A stretch of 64,000 nt of DNA from Synechococcus sp. (GCA_047285535.1 JBJBDC010000001.1:2784136-2848135); one strand, 5' to 3'. Shown: positions 32,517 to 42,953, counted from the stretch's first letter. Notes: generated by a model from the letters alone, not told the origin. Translations and numbers: made by a program.

Positions 32517-33593
32517 TCAGCTGACGGTTTGAATGCTCGTGAGAACTGTTCCTGCCAGCTCATTGAAAGCCTGAGCACTGGCGGATTTTGGGGCGCTAAC
32601 GATGATTGGCTTCCCTTGATCGCCTCCCTCCTGAATGGTCATTTCCATTGGGATCTTGGCCAATAGGGGGACTTCGAAGGCCTCTGCCAACGTTTGCCCA
32701 CCTCCTGATCCAAATAGGGCGTAGCTGCGGTCGGGCTGGTCTGGAGGGATGAATGCGCTCATGTTCTCGACAACACCAAGGACGGGGATGCCCATCTGAA
32801 CAAACATGGCCAATCCACGCCGCGCGTCCTGCAGGGCCACCTTTTGAGGGGTCGTGACAATGACCACTCCTGCCATGGGCACGGCTTGGGCTAGTGAAAG
32901 CTGAGCATCGCCAGTCCCTGGGGGAAGATCCACAATCAGTACATCCCGCTCGCCCCACTCCACTTGGTAGAGAAATTGACGGATAATTCCGTTCAGCATT
33001 GGCCCGCGCCAGATGACCGGTTGGTTTTCTTCAATCAAAAGACCCATCGAGACCACGGAGACTCCGCTGCTCTCCAGAGGGATCATCCGCTGATCATCGC
33101 CAGAGCCACTGACCTCAGGGCTTTGATCAGCAACCCCAAGCATGATTGGAGCGTTAGGCCCGTAAATATCGGCATCGAGTAATCCAACCCGTTGTCCCTG
33201 ATTGGCCAAAGCGCAAGCAAGATTCACCGCCACCGTGGTTTTGCCGACACCACCTTTCCCACTGCTGACCGCAATCACCTTTTTGACACCAGGGATGGGC
33301 TGTCGCTCTGCTGGCTGGCCATGCCCGGCTTGCCCAATTCCACCTTGTGAAGGTGGAGAGCCCAGTTCAATTTGAACATCTTGAATGTTCTCAAGTGTTA
33401 AGAGGCGTTCTCGCGCCTCTGAAACGATTCGATCCCGTTGACTCTGGGCAAAGCCAGGGAGATTGAGACGGATCACCGCTCGAGGGGGATCGATTCGCAC
33501 GCGATCCAGCCAGCCGAGGTCCACAACAGATCGGTCGCTGCCGCCATCCTTGACACCTTTGAGCAACTCAGTCGCCTGTTCTGCCGTGACCAT
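32517..33593 (-). CDS. mrp: Mrp/ApbC Fe-S cluster carrier ATPase
   Basis: SGKGGVGKT, WRGPM, DLPPGTGD, VVENMS. Confidence 0.93.
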   Translation of the reverse strand: MVTAEQATELLKGVKDGGSDRSVVDLGWLDRVRIDPPRAVIRLNLPGFAQSQRDRIVSEARERLLTLENIQDVQIELGSPPSQGGIGQAGHGQPAERQPIPGVKKVIAVSSGKGGVGKTTVAVNLACALANQGQRVGLLDADIYGPNAPIMLGVADQSPEVSGSGDDQRMIPLESSGVSVVSMGLLIEENQPVIWRGPMLNGIIRQFLYQVEWGERDVLIVDLPPGTGDAQLSLAQAVPMAGVVIVTTPQKVALQDARRGLAMFVQMGIPVLGVVENMSAFIPPDQPDRSYALFGSGGGQTLAEAFEVPLLAKIPMEMTIQEGGDQGKPIIVSAPKSASAQAFNELAGTVLTSIQTVS

Positions 33594-33707
33594 CGATCTG
33601 TTGCTTTAGGGAGGATCCTAGGTGCGTCGCCCATGACAGTCCTTCACACATGCTTGTCGGGATCGGTGTCAGGCTGAAAGGGTCAGTTGATCATTCATCG
33701 CCAGTTC

Positions 33708-34793
33708 ATGGTCCGCTCTTTTCTTAAGCGCCTTAAGGGAAAGGTCTTGCTCTCCTCGGATGCCACTGGTGAGTGCCCACCTTCTGATTCTCGTGCTCGT
33801 GTTCGCCAGCTGGTTCAAGGTCTTCAAAATGAAATTTGCACTGGACTTGAGCAGCTAGATGGACACGCTCGTTTTCAGGAAGAAAGTTGGGTTCGTCCAG
33901 AAGGAGGAGGTGGACGCTCCAGGGTCATGACTGAAGGGCGAGTCTTTGAGCAAGGAGGGGTGAATTTTTCTGAGGTTCATGGGAAAGAATTGCCACCAGC
34001 CATCCTTAACCAACGTCCTGATGCCAAAGGGCATCCCTGGTTTGCAACAGGAACATCGATGGTGTTGCATCCGCGCAATCCCTATGTTCCGACAGTTCAC
34101 TTGAACTATCGCTATTTCGAAGCAGGGCCGGTCTGGTGGTTTGGCGGTGGAGCTGATCTCACCCCGTACTATCCATTCCTTGAGGATGCCCGACTCTTTC
34201 ATCGAGAACACAAAAAAGCCTGTGATTCCATTGATCCCAAGCTTTACTCAGTGTTTAAACCTTGGTGTGATGAGTATTTTTTTCTGAAGCACCGCCGCGA
34301 GACTAGAGGGATCGGTGGAATTTTTTATGACTACCAAGATGGCAGTGGTCGTTTATATCGAGGCAAAGACCCAGAGGGCCCAGCAGCGCATCAAGCTTCT
34401 GACATTGGATCATGTCGCCTTGGGTGGGAGCAACTTCACGATCTGGCTAAGGCCTGTGGCCAGGCCTTCTTACCTGCTTATTCACCAATTGTTGAGAAGC
34501 GCAATGATCTTCCCTATGGAGAGAAGGAACGACAGTTTCAGCTTTACCGGCGTGGCCGCTATGTGGAATTCAATTTGGTGTGGGATAGGGGCACGATTTT
34601 TGGACTGCAGACCAATGGTCGGACTGAGTCGATCTTGATGTCTCTTCCGCCGATGGCACGTTGGGAGTACGGCTATCGGGCTCCTGCCGGTTCGCGGGAA
34701 GAACTCCTCACGGACTTGTTTACCCGGCCGCAGGATTGGTTTGATGACCAGTCGCTTGAGGATCGTTGCCGTCCCCATCAGGCGATTGGCTAA
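33708..34793 (+). CDS. hemF: Oxygen-dependent coproporphyrinogen III oxidase
   Basis: [30 protein letters not shown]. Confidence 0.97.
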   Translation: MVRSFLKRLKGKVLLSSDATGECPPSDSRARVRQLVQGLQNEICTGLEQLDGHARFQEESWVRPEGGGGRSRVMTEGRVFEQGGVNFSEVHGKELPPAILNQRPDAKGHPWFATGTSMVLHPRNPYVPTVHLNYRYFEAGPVWWFGGGADLTPYYPFLEDARLFHREHKKACDSIDPKLYSVFKPWCDEYFFLKHRRETRGIGGIFYDYQDGSGRLYRGKDPEGPAAHQASDIGSCRLGWEQLHDLAKACGQAFLPAYSPIVEKRNDLPYGEKERQFQLYRRGRYVEFNLVWDRGTIFGLQTNGRTESILMSLPPMARWEYGYRAPAGSREELLTDLFTRPQDWFDDQSLEDRCRPHQAIG

Positions 34794-35619
34794 GGCCTTG
34801 TTCTAAGGCATCGACGATACGCAGCCCAAGGCAGTTGATCGTTTCTTTTTGAGTTTTTGGATTTCGTAGTTTGTGTTCAAGCGGAGGTTCCAGCATTCCA
34901 ATTTCGAGAATGCCTATGCCTCGTCGTGGACCCCCTAACCCACCTCTAAACAGTCTCGGGAAGCGCCCGAAGGCCTTGCCGAGACTTTCGTCCACTGAGT
35001 TAAGTGGTCTGTTAATCGCTGGAATCAGTCCTGATCCGAAACCATGGGGTCTATAAGCATCGAAATGAATTTCGAGGATGTACTCTCCTTTCGCAGAACG
35101 CATCCTCGCCTGAGACCAGTTCGTTTTTGGGTCGTTGTCATTTCGGATGGTCAATGCTGGTGGGGTGTAGGCGCTGATGTTGAGCCCTCGGGCTCTGCCT
35201 AAGCGAACCACCGCTTTCTGCACTTTTAAATTCCAGTACAGCTCGTCGCGCATTCGGGAATCCATAGGGGCTTGTTTCTGCACATCGACAGCAAAACCAG
35301 GGGTCCCTGCACTCGCCATGCCCTGAGAGTCTGCATGCCCTGCCATGACAACAATGGATAAGCCTTTACTCATTGGAGTTGTCCCGACCCAGTTGCCAGG
35401 CATGCGAGTGCGCGGACCCAGCAGGGGGTCAGGATTGAATGGCTCGGGGCAGCTCTTTTTCCCCTCCGTTGAAACTTCCGTAGTGGCGCCAGTGCGTTGT
35501 TGGATCGATGGGTTTTGTTGTTTGGCCTGGGTTGGCACCATGGCGACCAGGGTCAGCATGGTGATGTTGATCGGGATTGAGAAGCGTTTGGATTGAATCC
35601 AGGCCAGGAACGGGGGCAT
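34720..35619 (-). CDS. Putative N-acetylmuramoyl-L-alanine amidase (Amidase_3-like)
   Basis: VMAGH, E, LEIHFD and ILEIG zinc-amidase spacing; hydrophobic N-terminus. Confidence 0.65.
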   Translation of the reverse strand: MPPFLAWIQSKRFSIPINITMLTLVAMVPTQAKQQNPSIQQRTGATTEVSTEGKKSCPEPFNPDPLLGPRTRMPGNWVGTTPMSKGLSIVVMAGHADSQGMASAGTPGFAVDVQKQAPMDSRMRDELYWNLKVQKAVVRLGRARGLNISAYTPPALTIRNDNDPKTNWSQARMRSAKGEYILEIHFDAYRPHGFGSGLIPAINRPLNSVDESLGKAFGRFPRLFRGGLGGPRRGIGILEIGMLEPPLEHKLRNPKTQKETINCLGLRIVDALEQGLSQSPDGDGNDPQATGHQTNPAAG

Positions 35620-35624
35620 GGGTT

Positions 35625-36179
35625 TCAGATCGGAGAGGAGAGCAAAGCGCCATCGCTGACGAGCTGTAATGGTTCTGCTAAAGCAAGCTCGAGAGCGATC
35701 AATTCATCGCGGTGCGCTCGAAGCCTAAGGGTGCTTCCTTCTTGGGATGTCGGTTCGATTAATCGGATTTGAATGCCTTCTTGGCGCTCAGCTCGTTGGC
35801 TGTAAATCCATCCTGCTACTGGTCCCAGGAGGATCAGCGAAACTGGCCAACCCCCGAATGCCGGATTGAGCTCACGAAGCACGAGTCCGAGGCAACCTGC
35901 TCCGACCCCGCCAAGAATTGACAGCAACACCGCTAAGGGGGTGCTGGAGGACACCTCCCCTCGATATTCGAGAAGAAAGCGCTCCGCATCACCACCATCG
36001 CGGATCCAGCCGCGTGATTCGAGCCATGTGCAGAGCCCATCCATGACTTCAATCGCAGGTCGGGGAGAGTGCACTTCCACAACAGTGGTGCGATCCTTGC
36101 TGGCGGCTCTCAAAAAAAAGACGAGCCCAATGGCCAAGAGCAGAGTCAGCAACAATGTGGACGACTGAGTGCTTGGCAT
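35625..36179 (-). CDS. ccb1: Cytochrome b6f heme c(i) assembly factor CCB1
   Basis: GLVFFLRAASKDRT, AHRDEL, three TM segments. Confidence 0.85.
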   Translation of the reverse strand: MPSTQSSTLLLTLLLAIGLVFFLRAASKDRTTVVEVHSPRPAIEVMDGLCTWLESRGWIRDGGDAERFLLEYRGEVSSSTPLAVLLSILGGVGAGCLGLVLRELNPAFGGWPVSLILLGPVAGWIYSQRAERQEGIQIRLIEPTSQEGSTLRLRAHRDELIALELALAEPLQLVSDGALLSSPI

Positions 36180-36210
36180 TCTCCGTGGTTGGTTTTTCGA
36201 CCTATCTGTT

Positions 36211-36594
36211 CTAAATGGTCACTGGGTCATGTTCGAGTAGCCAGCGACGCCAAGGCTCCATGAGTTTCTCTGCTTCGGCTCTGGCTTCCTCATGGAGGTG
36301 GAGCATGCGGCGAGGACGGCCGCGGCTAGGGCAGCGCTTGCTGTAGGAATCCAGAAGCTCTTGTTGATTCAGGAAATCAACGGCTTGGTGCAGAACGGTT
36401 TCTGATACGCGCAACTGCGGGTGCTCCCGCTGAAGCTTCTGCAGCAGTCCAGATGGGTAGCTGTCGTTTTGGAGAAGGCAGGCGAGGATCCAGCAAACCG
36501 CCAGTTCACGATCGAGGAACAGTGGAGGTGGTTGCTGGAAATAATCTTCGATATCGGCCAGGCAGTTTTTTGTTGCGTTGCGACGGTGGAACAT
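36211..36594 (-). CDS. pex: PadR-family regulator, Pex (period extender)-like
   Basis: DIEDYFQQPPP, ELAVCWIL, SRGRPRRM. Confidence 0.75.
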   Translation of the reverse strand: MFHRRNATKNCLADIEDYFQQPPPLFLDRELAVCWILACLLQNDSYPSGLLQKLQREHPQLRVSETVLHQAVDFLNQQELLDSYSKRCPSRGRPRRMLHLHEEARAEAEKLMEPWRRWLLEHDPVTI

Positions 36595-36718
36595 AAAGCC
36601 GATCGATCTCAGATTGGTCTAGCTCGGTCTCGGTTTGATTTTCAAGCCGCGAATGGGAATTCATTCGGGTAATGGCAAGAGGTCAAAGTGGAGGTCACTG
36701 TCCGCACGATTCCTTGTC

Positions 36719-37363
36719 ATGAGCGATGTCTCCGCGCAGCCTCGAACGTTTGCTGTTTTCGATGAGGATCTTGATGAGGACGGGGCGGAGCGCTACAGCC
36801 ATGCCACGTCTCTTGCTGTCGATACGGAAGCCATGGGGCTGATTCACGGACGAGATCGTCTCTGCCTTGTTCAGATTTGCGATGAAGAAGACCACGTGTC
36901 CTGCGTGCGCATCGCTCTTGGCCAAACAGAGGCTCCTCGCCTGAAGTCCTTAATGGAGAATGCCTCAATTGAAAAAGTTTTTCACTTTGCTCGGTTCGAT
37001 CTTGGAGCTCTTGCGACCGGACTTGGAATCCGGGTGAACCCCATTTTCTGCACCAAGGTTGCCAGCCGATTGGCCCGAACCTATACCCCAAGGCATGGTC
37101 TGAAGGATGTGGTGTTGGAGCTGGTGGGGGTTGAGCTTGATAAGCAGGCTCAAAGTAGTGATTGGGGGCGTGTGGATGCACTCAGCGAGACTCAGCTCGC
37201 CTATGCGGCAAACGATACGCGCTATCTACTTCCTGCACGGGATCGCTTGAAAGAGATGTTGCAGCGTGAGGGACGTTGGGACCTCGCCGAACGTTGCTTT
37301 GGTTGCATCCCAGTGATGTCGGATCTCGATCGTTTTCGATTCCTTAATACATTTGAGCACTGA
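36719..37363 (+). CDS. rnd: Ribonuclease D-like 3'-5' exonuclease
   Basis: AVDTE, FHFARFD, QSSDW, YAAND DEDDy motifs. Confidence 0.88.
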   Translation: MSDVSAQPRTFAVFDEDLDEDGAERYSHATSLAVDTEAMGLIHGRDRLCLVQICDEEDHVSCVRIALGQTEAPRLKSLMENASIEKVFHFARFDLGALATGLGIRVNPIFCTKVASRLARTYTPRHGLKDVVLELVGVELDKQAQSSDWGRVDALSETQLAYAANDTRYLLPARDRLKEMLQREGRWDLAERCFGCIPVMSDLDRFRFLNTFEH

Positions 37364-37399
37364 TGGCCTCAATGTTGAGTCGACGAGCCAATGCTGAGC

Positions 37400-37669
37400 T
37401 CAGTCTTCAATCATGAATTTCTGATCACTTGGGTCTGCTTCCAGTAATTGGTCGAGAACCTGTCCCTGATCGTGATCCTTCCTGTTGCTTTCGTCTTGAG
37501 CTTGAGCAAGCAGGTTTATGGCCATTTCTTTGCGAGATCTCAAATCTTTGGCGCCTGTTTTGTGGGTAGCAATTTCGACTCTTCGACGGGCTGATGACTG
37601 ACTGATCCCAAGTTCAGTGGCTAGTTCCGCGCAGAGCCTGAGGTAGTCATGGTCCTGAATCGCGGGCAT
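37400..37669 (-). CDS. Hypothetical protein
   Basis: ATG 37669, LCAELA..LGIS...ARRRV, ends FMIED; fills the gap between convergent genes. Confidence 0.6.
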   Translation of the reverse strand: MPAIQDHDYLRLCAELATELGISQSSARRRVEIATHKTGAKDLRSRKEMAINLLAQAQDESNRKDHDQGQVLDQLLEADPSDQKFMIED

Positions 37670-38915
37670 GGCTAGAGGACAATTGCGTCTCAGTATGTTG
37701 ACCAAGGGGCAGTTTGCACAGAACTCGCTTAGCGATCGCCTCACTGCCACCAGCAGGGCCCATGCGTTGGCGGCCTCTTGTTCCCACCTGTCGTCGAAGG
37801 GACGGATCCTTCAGCAGCTGGATCAGTCGCTTGCTTAGCTCATGGCTCGATTGACATGTGAGTACAGCTCCACCCAGTAATCGACTTTGTCGTTTGGCAA
37901 ATCCCTGAGTGAATTGGGGGCCTGATCCTGGAAGTGAGAGTGCAGGGATGCCTAGCCCTACCAGTTGTTCGGTTGCTGTTCCAGCAGTTGCTATTCCCAC
38001 CTCTGCCCAGGGTGCCCAGAGGTTGAACTGTCCTGTTCCCAGCAAGATTAGTAGGTGGCCTCTCAACCAGCAGGCCCCTGCCTGTAGTGCATCACTGGGT
38101 GGTGGACTCGAACGAAAACCTTGGCGTTTGAGTTCTTCGCCAAGTTCTTTGAGAGTTGGCTGAGTGCCAAGGGCAACCAACACGGCAATTGGTCGATCGT
38201 TGGGTAAGGGGGCCAAGCTATGCATCAGCCGGCAAAAGTTCCTCTTTGCTTCCGGCATGCGGCTTCCGCAGAGAAGCAGGATGCGCCGGCAGCGTATGAG
38301 GCTAGGAGGAGCGTCAGCCTTGCTTAACCCGTCCATCATCGGGTTTCCGGGGGCTTCCGCAGCGACACCGTGCCTTCTCAGCCCTCGAGCTGTTAATCGG
38401 TCACGGGTGACAACCAAACGGCAACGTTTGCTGCGCATAAGGCACCACTCCCAGGGATCCCATTCGCTGCCCTTCAGCGCGTGGTATTTGTCACTGAGCT
38501 CTTGGCCAGGGCCGCTGCACCATGTGTAATCGCTTTTGGGAGTGCCAACGAAGCCGAATGGCCGTCCTGAACTCCAAGCCATTAGTAGAGGGAGTAGATC
38601 TCCTACTGCAAGCACGGCATCCGCTTCAGACTTGTGTTGGAGCAGGCAACGCCACTGCTGCCAAGTTAGTAGTGGCAACCCCGCGATCAAGTCAGCTAGT
38701 AGACCTCGCAGGCTTTGGTTGCTAAATCCGCCGCTGGGTAAGGGAGCGGCGGGGCCAACGCGATGTATCCACCCCTTTTCAATGGCTGCCCTGAAGCTGC
38801 CCCCGGCGCCGACGAGCGGCAGTACCGACAATCTCAGGCGCGGCCGTTGTCGGCGAAGTGCCTCGATGATCTTCAAAGCGATGAGATCTTCCCCGTGACC
38901 GTTGCTGATGAGCAA
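37647..38915 (-). CDS. Lipid-A-disaccharide synthase-related glycosyltransferase-like protein
   Basis: SNGHGED, PSGGF, GNPMMD, AGTATEQ..GLG, GPQF; start at about TTG 38915 because the longer ORF overlaps tRNA-Cys. Confidence 0.8.
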   Translation of the reverse strand: MLISNGHGEDLIALKIIEALRRQRPRLRLSVLPLVGAGGSFRAAIEKGWIHRVGPAAPLPSGGFSNQSLRGLLADLIAGLPLLTWQQWRCLLQHKSEADAVLAVGDLLPLLMAWSSGRPFGFVGTPKSDYTWCSGPGQELSDKYHALKGSEWDPWEWCLMRSKRCRLVVTRDRLTARGLRRHGVAAEAPGNPMMDGLSKADAPPSLIRCRRILLLCGSRMPEAKRNFCRLMHSLAPLPNDRPIAVLVALGTQPTLKELGEELKRQGFRSSPPPSDALQAGACWLRGHLLILLGTGQFNLWAPWAEVGIATAGTATEQLVGLGIPALSLPGSGPQFTQGFAKRQSRLLGGAVLTCQSSHELSKRLIQLLKDPSLRRQVGTRGRQRMGPAGGSEAIAKRVLCKLPLGQHTETQLSSSHARDSGP

Positions 38916-38972
38916 CAGAGAACCCGAACCCGCGCTGATACGATCCGATTGTGGAGTTGACGCTCCTTGAAT

Positions 38973-39043
38973 GGCGGCATGGCCAAGTGGTAAGGCAGAG
39001 GATTGCAAATCCTTTATCCCCAGTTCGAATCTGGGTGCCGCCT
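38973..39043 (+). tRNA. tRNA-Cys (anticodon GCA)
   Basis: GGCGGCA...TGCCGCC acceptor stem, GAGGA-TT-GCA-AA-TCCTT anticodon arm. Confidence 0.97.
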
Positions 39044-39421
39044 TCTGAAGAATTCCCCAAATGCCAGATTTCTGATGGTGTTTGGAGTATTTGTCTTGAA
39101 ACGACACTGGTGGGTAAACGGTAGGTAGCCGTCAGGTTCCTTCCAGTGTCCCAAATTCTCTTGGGAGTGAACTACATCGTCATGCTGAAAGGGGTGTCAG
39201 GGCACAAACAGACCAGTGAAGTTCCCACAGCTAGAAGGTCCTTGTTCTTTCTTTCATGACTCAATCCATTCATCTTATTTCTGAAGTCTCGTAATGAGGA
39301 GAAGGAGAAACGACGCGAATGGTGCGGTGTGTCCGCCTGAGTTATGAAGCAGGACCGCTCAAAAAAGCGAGCAACTCAAGCACTGATCAGTTCGTTGGCA
39401 ACTGCTGGTCAACACTGGAAG

Positions 39422-40209
39422 ATGACCAAGGGCAAGGGGAGATTCGCTACGAGTTTCTGTCGAGAACAAGTCTTGCATCGGTTCAATGCAGGCGATGATA
39501 ATAAAAAGTCGACAAACGATGCCAAGGCAATTGGTTTACTGATCATCTTTTCTATCGGTTTAGCGGTTGTTGCGTCAGAACCAGTCGTCCGATCTTCTCA
39601 TGGAGATTTGCCCGTAAACTTGATATTGCAGTTATATCTTTGCCTAAGACTCTTGTTAGGCTTTGGTTTGCATCACTGAAACATGGTGCAAGGAAAGGCG
39701 CAAAAGTCATCTGGACTACGCGATCATTCCTCTCGTAATCCTTGGCCTGCTAGCAATCGCGCCAATCATCTTTGGATTCATTACTCCCGAGCTTTATTTG
39801 CTGAGGATGATTCGATTCGCACACCTTGGACGGCTAGGTCGCTCAAAGCGTTTTCGTAAGAGCATCAAGTACTTCAAAAGAGCATTATTTATCTGCCGAG
39901 AAAGAAGAACTCTAAATTTCCGCCCTCTATTAGCGCGTCGTCGTCATATTAAGCAGCATCTTGATGTTCCTCGCACAAGGAAGTGTTCGGCAGGAGCAGT
40001 TTGGTTCACGACCTAGATGTGTTTGTTGGTCGGTGATTACAATGGCGACAGTTGGGTTTGGGCATGCCTGCCCAGTCACAGCATGAAGGCAAATAGTTTC
40101 AGCATTCTCTGCAATATCTGGAGTCGCAGTGATCGCCATATCCATCGGGATCATTTCTGCAGGATTTACCGAATCTCTGGGCTCTAAAAGTTCTACAGAA
40201 GATTCTTGA
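39422..40209 (+). pseudogene. Fragmented voltage-gated potassium channel (Ion_trans family)
   Basis: Pieces in different frames: S1 IGLLIIFSIGLAVVASEP; S4-like LRMIRFAHLGRLGR; pore WSVITMATVGFGH with in-frame TGA at 40084-40086; S6 IAISIGIISAGF. Confidence 0.85.
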
Positions 40210-40633
40210 ATCCCCGCACAGTATCAAAGAATTATTCATCCCATTTTGCATCATTAAATATTTACTCTTCATCAATCTCTGCCCTTCGGTTGAAGGTTGT
40301 CTCTTCTCTCTCCAGCAGAGGTGACTGACGCTTTTAGGCCAATTGTTTATCCCTGCTGCCGTCTTTTGTAGCATTTTTTTAAGCCTTGTTAAACCTGGTG
40401 CTGTCAGGAGGAATCGCCTCGGTTTCGATGAATCATGTTGCTTGGTAAGCGACTTTAAGTTCAGCGATGTCGAGAATGACCATCGCCCTTCCGAGAAGAC
40501 GACTCAAGCATCGCGACGAGCTCTTGGTGCATATGGATGTCTACACCTTTTCTTGTTTAAATGTCCAACGACGTTTTGTCGCATGATGGTCTGATTGGGT
40601 GGAGCTTTTGGACAACAAACGGATTTTGAAGGC

Positions 40634-41146
40634 TTAAAGCTGAGCTTCGGCTGTGAATAGCTTGCCGTTAATTTGTTGAGCGCTGCATTTGAGGATTTTA
40701 TCCTTTAAGTTACATTCTCCTTGGTTGACAAACCAAGACTTTGGTATCCCTGTCGCAATTCCGTTGGGATTAAAGGATGCCTCTGCCACGCTAGAAACTG
40801 TGCTCTGCCAAGACGAAACGTTGAGGTGACATTTGCCAACGTTGCATTTTAAAAGTGGTTGACCTTTTGTCGTCAGAGTGACAAAGGTAATCTGCCTTCG
40901 GGCATTTTTGGATTGACCCTTGCCAATAAAGCTAATTCCCACCACTGATGCACTGCGTCCATTGAACTGCAAGTTGCTACAAGTAAGAGTGTCTTGAGTG
41001 CTGTTGATGTATGTGCAACCCTTAGGTCTCGCTTCGTATCGACCAATGTTGATGTTGGGATTCGCCATACTCCCTTGAGGAAAACTCAGGGTGATTCCCA
41101 GAAGAACTAAAGCTCTGAGGTGCAGGGAGGGTGGATGGTTAAGCAT
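40634..41146 (-). CDS. Hypothetical exported protein with six Cys
   Basis: Signal-peptide-like N-terminus, 170 aa ORF. Confidence 0.6.
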   Translation of the reverse strand: MLNHPPSLHLRALVLLGITLSFPQGSMANPNINIGRYEARPKGCTYINSTQDTLTCSNLQFNGRSASVVGISFIGKGQSKNARRQITFVTLTTKGQPLLKCNVGKCHLNVSSWQSTVSSVAEASFNPNGIATGIPKSWFVNQGECNLKDKILKCSAQQINGKLFTAEAQL

Positions 41147-41150
41147 CCGC

Positions 41151-41249
41151 CTAGTAATCGTTATCGGCTACGCACATACCAAGGCATCGGATTCCATTGG
41201 TGGCAGTACGACGGCAGTGATCACAAAGAATGGGTTCACTCTGGTTCAT
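41151..41249 (-). CDS. 32-aa Cys-rich microprotein
   Basis: MNQSEPILCDHCRRTATNGIRCLGMCVADNDY; GAGG upstream; stop 4 bp before the next ATG. Confidence 0.65.
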   Translation of the reverse strand: MNQSEPILCDHCRRTATNGIRCLGMCVADNDY

Positions 41250-41379
41250 CGCTATGGCAACCTCTGCCTGATTGGTTTCTCTCTCTGACGCCTTGCTCGT
41301 GTGGATGATGGTTTTTGCAATGAATGACATGGCGAGCATCCTTACCACGCGATCATGGCGTACTGAGTGATACGTCTGC

Positions 41380-42339
41380 GTGGCAGGAATTGGATTTGGA
41401 ACCTGGGCATGGGGCAATCAATTGCTTTGGGGATATCAGCCAGAGCGAGATGATCCCGATCTTGAGGCCACTCTTAGTGCCGCTGTTCAGGGAGGTCTTT
41501 CGCTTGTGGATACTGCCGATTCCTATGGCACAGGCAGATTCAATGGGCGGAGTGAACTGTTGTTGGGTCAGTTTCTGAAGACAATGGATCCGTCCCAACG
41601 GAAACATCTCACCGTGGCGACGAAACTCGCACCATTCCCTTGGAGATTGGGTCGGCAAGGATTTAAACGTGCTTTTTATGCGAGCAGAGATCGCTTAGGT
41701 GGCCATTTGGATCGCATCCAGTTGCACTGGAGCACGGCTCGTTATGCCCCCTGGCAAGAGTTGCCTTTGCTGGATGGGCTTGGAGATTTGATTGAGCAAG
41801 GACTGGTTGCAGAGCTCGGCCTCTCCAACGTCGGTCCCAAACGTCTTCGTTTCTTGCATAAGCATCTATCGAACAGAGGGATTCCTCTGCGGAGCCTTCA
41901 AGTCCAACTCTCACTGCTCGCTCCTGATCCGGTCTTTCGTCATGAACTAGTTGCGATTTGCTTGGAGCTTGGCGTTGAGTTATTGGCCTATAGCCCTTTG
42001 GCTCTTGGCGTTTTGGCGATTCCACCAGGAATCCATCCCCCCTCTTCAACAAGGCTCCGATCGAGGTTGTTTCGCCGTTTGCTTCCAGCTAGTGAAGATT
42101 TGCGTTCGGTGATGAGTGAGATGGCAGCCACACGAGGTACCTCAATGGCACAAGTCGCTTTGAATTGGTGCCGTGCCCATGGTGCATCACCAATCCCGGG
42201 GTTAAGACGACCCGAGCAGGCCATGGAAGCTGCGGCAGCTTTGTGTTGGACATTGAGCGCTACCGAGAGGCAGATTTTGGATCAACACAGTCAAAGAACT
42301 CTGGACCGCATGCCATCCAACCCATTTCAGAGTGCCTGA
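41380..42339 (+). CDS. Aldo/keto reductase
   Basis: GFGTWAWG, DTADSYG, ATK, QLHW, GLSN, AYSPL, PIPG. Confidence 0.92.
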   Translation: MAGIGFGTWAWGNQLLWGYQPERDDPDLEATLSAAVQGGLSLVDTADSYGTGRFNGRSELLLGQFLKTMDPSQRKHLTVATKLAPFPWRLGRQGFKRAFYASRDRLGGHLDRIQLHWSTARYAPWQELPLLDGLGDLIEQGLVAELGLSNVGPKRLRFLHKHLSNRGIPLRSLQVQLSLLAPDPVFRHELVAICLELGVELLAYSPLALGVLAIPPGIHPPSSTRLRSRLFRRLLPASEDLRSVMSEMAATRGTSMAQVALNWCRAHGASPIPGLRRPEQAMEAAAALCWTLSATERQILDQHSQRTLDRMPSNPFQSA

Positions 42340-42953
42340 TCAGCAGGGTCAGGGTCTGGACTCACAACCACTGGAAGGCTTGAGGCTTTTCCCTGAAATG
42401 GAATGACTTTCACAGGAGCAGGACGTGAGATGACATCCTGAGCTTTTGATTGCTCGCAAGCATTCAGGGCTTCTTGAAGCAAGGAGTCGAATGTTGCTCC
42501 TGGCAAGCGGTGCCTGGCGATTTCTAGAAAAGTTCTGGGTAGAGATTCCCCTGCAGCACTCAGGACGGCTGGATTCTCACGACGTTGGTGTTGTTCGTCT
42601 TCAATCGCACGTAGGAAGCGATGGGTGACATCACGTTTGGTACAGGCTTTGATCAAGGTGTCTCGATCGGCCATGGGTTGATCGGCGATCTCCTCAAGTT
42701 CAACGATTCTTCGCTCGAGGCTCTCAAGAACTTCGCTTGCTTCTTTTGTGATGTTGGCGAGCTGTCCGTCCGAAAGGAACGGCATATCTGCTACAAAAAC
42801 TTTTCCATGATCCTTCAGTGCAAGGAACGTCGGTCGAGGCCCCTGTCGATGGCTTGTAGCTCGGTCGTTACTTCCGCCCAAGGGACGGCGTGGAGGCTTA
42901 GGACCAGCAGATGTCCTTCTGCGTGTCGTTCGTTGAATTCTATCGAAAGCCAT
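42327..42953 (-). CDS. Hypothetical protein
   Basis: 208 aa ORF with RPTFL..HGKVFVAD and coiled-coil-like centre; no function recognised. Confidence 0.7.
   Translation of the reverse strand: MAFDRIQRTTRRRTSAGPKPPRRPLGGSNDRATSHRQGPRPTFLALKDHGKVFVADMPFLSDGQLANITKEASEVLESLERRIVELEEIADQPMADRDTLIKACTKRDVTHRFLRAIEDEQHQRRENPAVLSAAGESLPRTFLEIARHRLPGATFDSLLQEALNACEQSKAQDVISRPAPVKVIPFQGKASSLPVVVSPDPDPADQAL

Noticed and set aside
38916..39107. N-terminal extension of the 486-aa ORF
   Set aside because: It runs antisense through tRNA-Cys; the recognisable protein begins at LLISNGHGED.
39182..39260. Possible integrase fragment (VSGHKQTS)
   Set aside because: Too short, with no supporting R, HxxR or Y motifs.
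40210..40630. Short ORFs after the channel pseudogene
   Set aside because: No convincing start, motif or composition; likely decayed DNA.
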